Below are positions 34,865 through 38,932 of a stretch of DNA of 38,932 nt, one piece after another; positions within the stretch are counted from its first letter, which is position 1; every line of letters starts with the position of its first letter. The stretch spans positions 1 through 38,932 of the forward strand of contig CAZBBK010000058.1 in NCBI GenBank assembly GCA_964490075.1. Reading direction: 5' to 3'. The notes under the pieces are model-generated. The model worked only from the letters and a program-made list of their open reading frames with translations. It was not told the DNA's origin and did not search any database. The position numbers and the translations under genes were made by a program. The stretch comes from an uncultured Gemmatimonadota bacterium. GTDB lineage: Bacteria; GCA-2686955.

Positions 34865-36909
34865 CTACTCCAGGGGCCCGTGCGCGGTGGCCGTGGAGGA
34901 TGGCGGGGCGGGTGGCGCTTCGCGCCGACGCGGGGGTTTGCCGGCGGCGCCGAACGAACGCGCGCGCTCCGGGTCGAATTGGAGCTCGATGGCGGAGAGG
35001 GATCGGAGGACCAGGCGGTCCTCCGCGACGCGCATGCCCCAGGGCGGGATCGGTGTGTCGAGGACCCGTCCCACCTGGTCCAGCGCGGCGCCGGTCCACT
35101 CGAAGGGCATGACCCGATAGGCATCCTGGCCCGGATAGGTGCTGTGCATGGAGCCGACGTGAACGATGCCGTCCAGAACCTCCATCGCCCCATTCCAGCG
35201 CGAGGGCGTGGAGTTGGGCTCCACGTGCAGCGGCAGCGGCGCGCAGGGATCGGCGACGTCATAGACGTGGATGTGGCTGTTGAACCATTCGACCCAGTAG
35301 AGCAAGTCGCGGGTGTCATCGAGATCGAGGGCGTAGCCCGGCCGAGCCCCATGGTTCCCGCTCCAGATCTGGGTCAGCCCCTCGCTGTGTGACGCGCGCC
35401 AGAGTAGGAGCTGGCCCCTGTCGATGTCGGCGTTGGCGATCAGTAGATCCTCGGGATGGCCGGGAAAGGGACGGATACCGAACTCGGAAACCGCATCGAC
35501 GTGGCCGGTGATCGAGCCCAGGAAGGGCGGCCGGCGCGGATCGACCGACAGGTCGTGGACTCCCGTATCCGACACCAGAAAGCCCTGCGCGATCTCCAAC
35601 CGTTGTGGACCGTAGACCGGCTCATGGACGAAAGAGTCGACGAGCGCGAAGCCGTCGCGGTGATCGAGCACGTAGATCCAGGGTTCGGAGCCGACATAGG
35701 CGGACGCGTAGGCGAGGGTGTCGCTGGCGCCCTTGATTATCAGATCCTCCTGGCTGGGCTCCAGAGTCTCTTCGACTCGGTGCGCCCCGGAGGGCAAGCG
35801 GCGGGTCGCGGCGAGCAGCCGGTCACCAACGTCGAATCCACCCGAAACCAACGCCCGATCGGCCGTCAACGAGACGTACTCGGTGATCTTCATCTGCGGC
35901 ACATCGGCATGCTTGTGCCTGGAGAGATTCCAACCGTGCCACATGCAGAGCGCGCGCTCCCCGCTCATGCAGACCAGGCGGCCGGAGTCGAGGAAGGTGA
36001 GGCGGATGTACTCATGCGTACCGTCGGCGACCAGCCTAGTGGCGCCACAGCCCTTCTGGATCTCGTAGACGAAAAGGCTGTCACCCGTCGCGGCGGCCAC
36101 CAGATCTCTACCTTGTTGCGTATCATGATAGACGTCCAGATTGGTGAAGTCCCCCAAGTCGATGTACCCCACCGGTTCCACCCGTCCCGGCTCGGTGAGG
36201 CGGTAGACGCCGACTCCGGAGTAGTGCTGGCCGACATAGAGCAGCCCGGTCTGGGGACTGATCGCCAGTCCATCGACCGCGCCGAAGAAGATCGGATCGA
36301 GGAACACGACGCATCCGTCCGCTCCGACACGCCCGCCGTACACGCCGCCGTAGTTGGCGATGTAGAGCCCGCCCTCCGAGTCGGCCACCATGTAGTTGGC
36401 GTTGGTCCCACCGTAGAGATGATCGACCGCGCACTCCACATCCAGGCCGCCCAGAGACCGGCGCGCAGGGTGTAGAAGACCGGCCAGTAGTCCCAGCCGT
36501 CGTTGGAGGTCAGGCCGCCGCAGATCAGCCGTGGACCTGAGACCGCCAGCGAGCCGAAGCCCTCGTAGCGGGTCCGGCCCAGGGCGATGCGCTGGCCGCC
36601 CTGCTGGGTCCAGATGTCGCCGTAGCTCTCCAGCACCCGCAGCCGCCCCGCAAAGCGCACGGCGTCGGAAGGCTCGCTTCTGGGCAGATAGGTCTCGATG
36701 CGACCGGGCACGCCGTCGTCCCCGGTGATGTCGAAGCGCTGGAAGATGCGGTTGAGATAGACCACATGCTCCCCGTCCGACAGGAACCTGCGGCCGTAAT
36801 CGTGCAGCTCCATGCTGCCGGCCAACACGTAGCCGGTGCTGTCGATCGAGGCGGCGAGGGCCGTGCCGGCGAGCAGGAGGGCCAGGGCGGGGAGCACGCT
36901 TGGTTTCAT
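34865..36909 (-). pseudogene. Secreted beta-propeller (LVIVD-like) protein gene split by a frameshift near 36460
   Basis: Signal-peptide ORF from 36909 (GGAG upstream) reads as protein to ...WPVFYTLR, then continues in another frame (RSLGGLDVECAVD...LLYVGQHYSGVGVYRL...IHVYDVADP). Could be a sequencing error. Confidence 0.65.
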
Positions 36910-36925
36910 CGGGATCTCCTCGGGG

Positions 36926-38932
36926 CTAGGGATGCTCGATCTTTACCAGCACCACGCCGTTGTCGCCATGGGCGGTGGGGATGTCGAGCTTCCAGCGGCT
37001 GATCGGCTGGTAGGTGTATGGATCGGGCGCCTCGGGCGGATCGGGCCACCACATGTCCGGGCTCGTGGCGGGAGAGTCCGGGCAAGTCTGGTAGCTCCCC
37101 ACCGCGCCGTAGTTGATGTACTCGGAATACTGCTGCCCCGACAACGAAATCGAGTTGCCGGTGATCGCCGAGTAGGCAATGACTTCGGGAGGCGGGTTGT
37201 GGCGATTGGAATGAAGGCGAACGCACTCCTCGACGCCTTCGCTCTTATTGACGATCAAGAGCCAGGTTTCGCCCGGATCGAGATCCTCGCGGTGGGCCAG
37301 CTCGTAGACCCGGATAGAGGGCTCGTCCTCAAGATCCCCTGCATACTGGCCAGTGATTCCCAGCGCCTCGTAGAAAAAGCCGAAGGGCGCGCCCTTCGGC
37401 TCCGGATATTCATTCTCGTAGACCGCCAGAAGTGGACGTACCCATGGTCGGTGGGCGCTGTCGTCGGACGATCGGAACAGAACCTGCGGCTCATAGCCAC
37501 GGGTCGGCAGGTAGGCCTGCAGGAAGAGCCCGTTGTTGCGGTCCGGATCCTCAGGATCGTCGCCGGCCCAATGACGGGTCACCGCCGTCAGGTCGAAGAC
37601 CTCCGATCGATCGTAGGGCCATTCGGTTTCCGACGAGCCGTAGTGATCGTAGAGGATCTTGGGATCGATCATGGTGGGCGGCTTCTCGAACTCCCGCGCT
37701 CCAGACGCCATGAACTTGAGGGCGAAGTCGTAGATGCCCCCGTGGTCGGCGTCTGGGTGGTGGAAGACCGAAGGCTCATTTCCTAAAGCGTCGTCTGCCG
37801 CAACGAAGTCGTCCCAGTTCAGATCCTGCCCGAAGCTCCAGGGAAGCGTATCGGGCTGCGGTATCCGTGAGGCGTGCGTAAAGGGCACCGGGTAGCCGGA
37901 GCCGAACACCGCGCACAGATCGCGATCCACGTAGTTCACCGTCAGAAGCAAGCGCGCCTTCTCGATATTCGCCGGGACGAAGACGCCGGCCAGGTCGTCG
38001 AGCTTCAAGATTGCGAAACCGCCGCAATGCCCAGCTCCTTCTCCCATCTTTCCGAACGGGTTTCCAATCCTCAGCTCGACAGAGATCTCCCTCGGATCTT
38101 GGTCTATGCCAAACCACTGATCCTCCACCCACCAGAGCTCTTGGTCGGGGCGCGTCCCCCCACGAACCACGATCTCGGGCGGAAGCGAAGCGAAAGAGGG
38201 CAAGCCCAGGAAGCGCTTCTCGCCGATGGTCTCTACCATTCGATTGATGTCCGGGTAGGTCTCGAAGACCCCCGTCGCGGTCCAGCCCAGAAACCAACTG
38301 CAATCGTCCCAGGCCTGTCGATTGGTCGGGCTCAAGATGTCCAACAGGTCATCGCCCACGCATCCAGAGCAGTCGCCCAACAGGCCGTCGTGGTAGCTGT
38401 CCTGTACCAGGTAGCCGATACCGCTCGAGCCCGCCGCCTGGGCGGCCATGATCTTGAGCTGGCGGGGGTGCGGTCCCCGAGCGATGCAGCTCTCGGGGCG
38501 AAGCTGCACCACCGGGAGGATCGCACGCCGCCGCTCTACGATCGGATCGTTGATCAACCCCTTGATGTAGTAGTGGTAGGCGGTAGACCAGCTCCACTGC
38601 GCGATCAGGGGGACATACTCATCCGGAGTGCCGTCGTTGTCGCGAACCGGCATGTAGTTGGGCATCAACACATGGGCAACGTCGAGCATGCCCATCAGGG
38701 CCGAGTAGGGGCGCCCCCCTGCGAACCCAGGGGCGCAGTCCCAATCGTTGGCCGGGCAGTGGGTGGTTTTGGGCTCGGGGCAGGAGTGGCAATCCCCGGG
38801 CGTGCTGTGGTTTTCGTGAGGCAGCGCTTGATCTTCGAAAGGCGCGCCGCCCGTGTAGAGAAAGAGCGGATGAAAACCCGCCCCAAGCTCATCCAGAATG
38901 CCCTCGTACTCCCCCAGAAAGTCGTGCTCGAT
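36926..38932 (-). CDS. Large protein (5' end outside window) with inserted DNRLRE/CBM96-like domain; possible glycoside-hydrolase-like enzyme
   Basis: Frame open to the window edge; IEKARLLLTV...FDLTAVTRHW...NNGLFL...FRSSD...RPLLAV is DNRLRE-like; flanking PVVQL/GIGY and WLLIVN segments resemble a TIM-barrel end and a beta-sandwich tail. Confidence 0.6.
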   Translation of the reverse strand: MEHDFLGEYEGILDELGAGFHPLFLYTGGAPFEDQALPHENHSTPGDCHSCPEPKTTHCPANDWDCAPGFAGGRPYSALMGMLDVAHVLMPNYMPVRDNDGTPDEYVPLIAQWSWSTAYHYYIKGLINDPIVERRRAILPVVQLRPESCIARGPHPRQLKIMAAQAAGSSGIGYLVQDSYHDGLLGDCSGCVGDDLLDILSPTNRQAWDDCSWFLGWTATGVFETYPDINRMVETIGEKRFLGLPSFASLPPEIVVRGGTRPDQELWWVEDQWFGIDQDPREISVELRIGNPFGKMGEGAGHCGGFAILKLDDLAGVFVPANIEKARLLLTVNYVDRDLCAVFGSGYPVPFTHASRIPQPDTLPWSFGQDLNWDDFVAADDALGNEPSVFHHPDADHGGIYDFALKFMASGAREFEKPPTMIDPKILYDHYGSSETEWPYDRSEVFDLTAVTRHWAGDDPEDPDRNNGLFLQAYLPTRGYEPQVLFRSSDDSAHRPWVRPLLAVYENEYPEPKGAPFGFFYEALGITGQYAGDLEDEPSIRVYELAHREDLDPGETWLLIVNKSEGVEECVRLHSNRHNPPPEVIAYSAITGNSISLSGQQYSEYINYGAVGSYQTCPDSPATSPDMWWPDPPEAPDPYTYQPISRWKLDIPTAHGDNGVVLVKIEHP

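Noticed and set aside
38775-38795. CHSC as a heme-binding motif
   Set aside because: Followed by Pro, not His.

Overview
High-GC bacterial chromosomal window. Two secreted proteins end in a PNPFNP...RKMxLxK FlgD-Ig/T9SS-type tail, which suggests an FCB-group candidate phylum (inference only). 1-5.5 kb is a visibly more AT-rich anaerobic respiratory operon: Mo-bisPGD catalytic subunit (5' truncated), TorD chaperone, 8-heme cytochrome c with two CX4CH motifs, Tat-exported 4x[4Fe-4S] protein and NrfD anchor. Next come argS, a c554-like tetraheme cytochrome, a DUF2582 wHTH protein and a secreted lipase-like protein. A tightly coupled minus-strand operon (ATP-grasp ligase, catalytically degenerate peptidase-S51-like protein, esterase, membrane phosphodiesterase) diverges from an ABC exporter-trmB pair. 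Then follow M6 and M28 proteases, a COG0523 GTPase, a patch of gene debris, a methyltransferase, a QueG/MMACHC-like Fe-S protein, a CDF transporter, an SGNH hydrolase, a small lipoprotein, a GT2, a frameshifted beta-propeller gene and a 5'-truncated DNRLRE-domain protein. The most unexpected non-coding signal is a dispersed ~116-bp element present twice in inverted orientation (25840-25955, 34611-34726). Each copy has three CTGAG-N4-CTCAG dyads at an exact 51-bp period. No tRNA, rRNA, CRISPR array, integrase or transposase was recognised.
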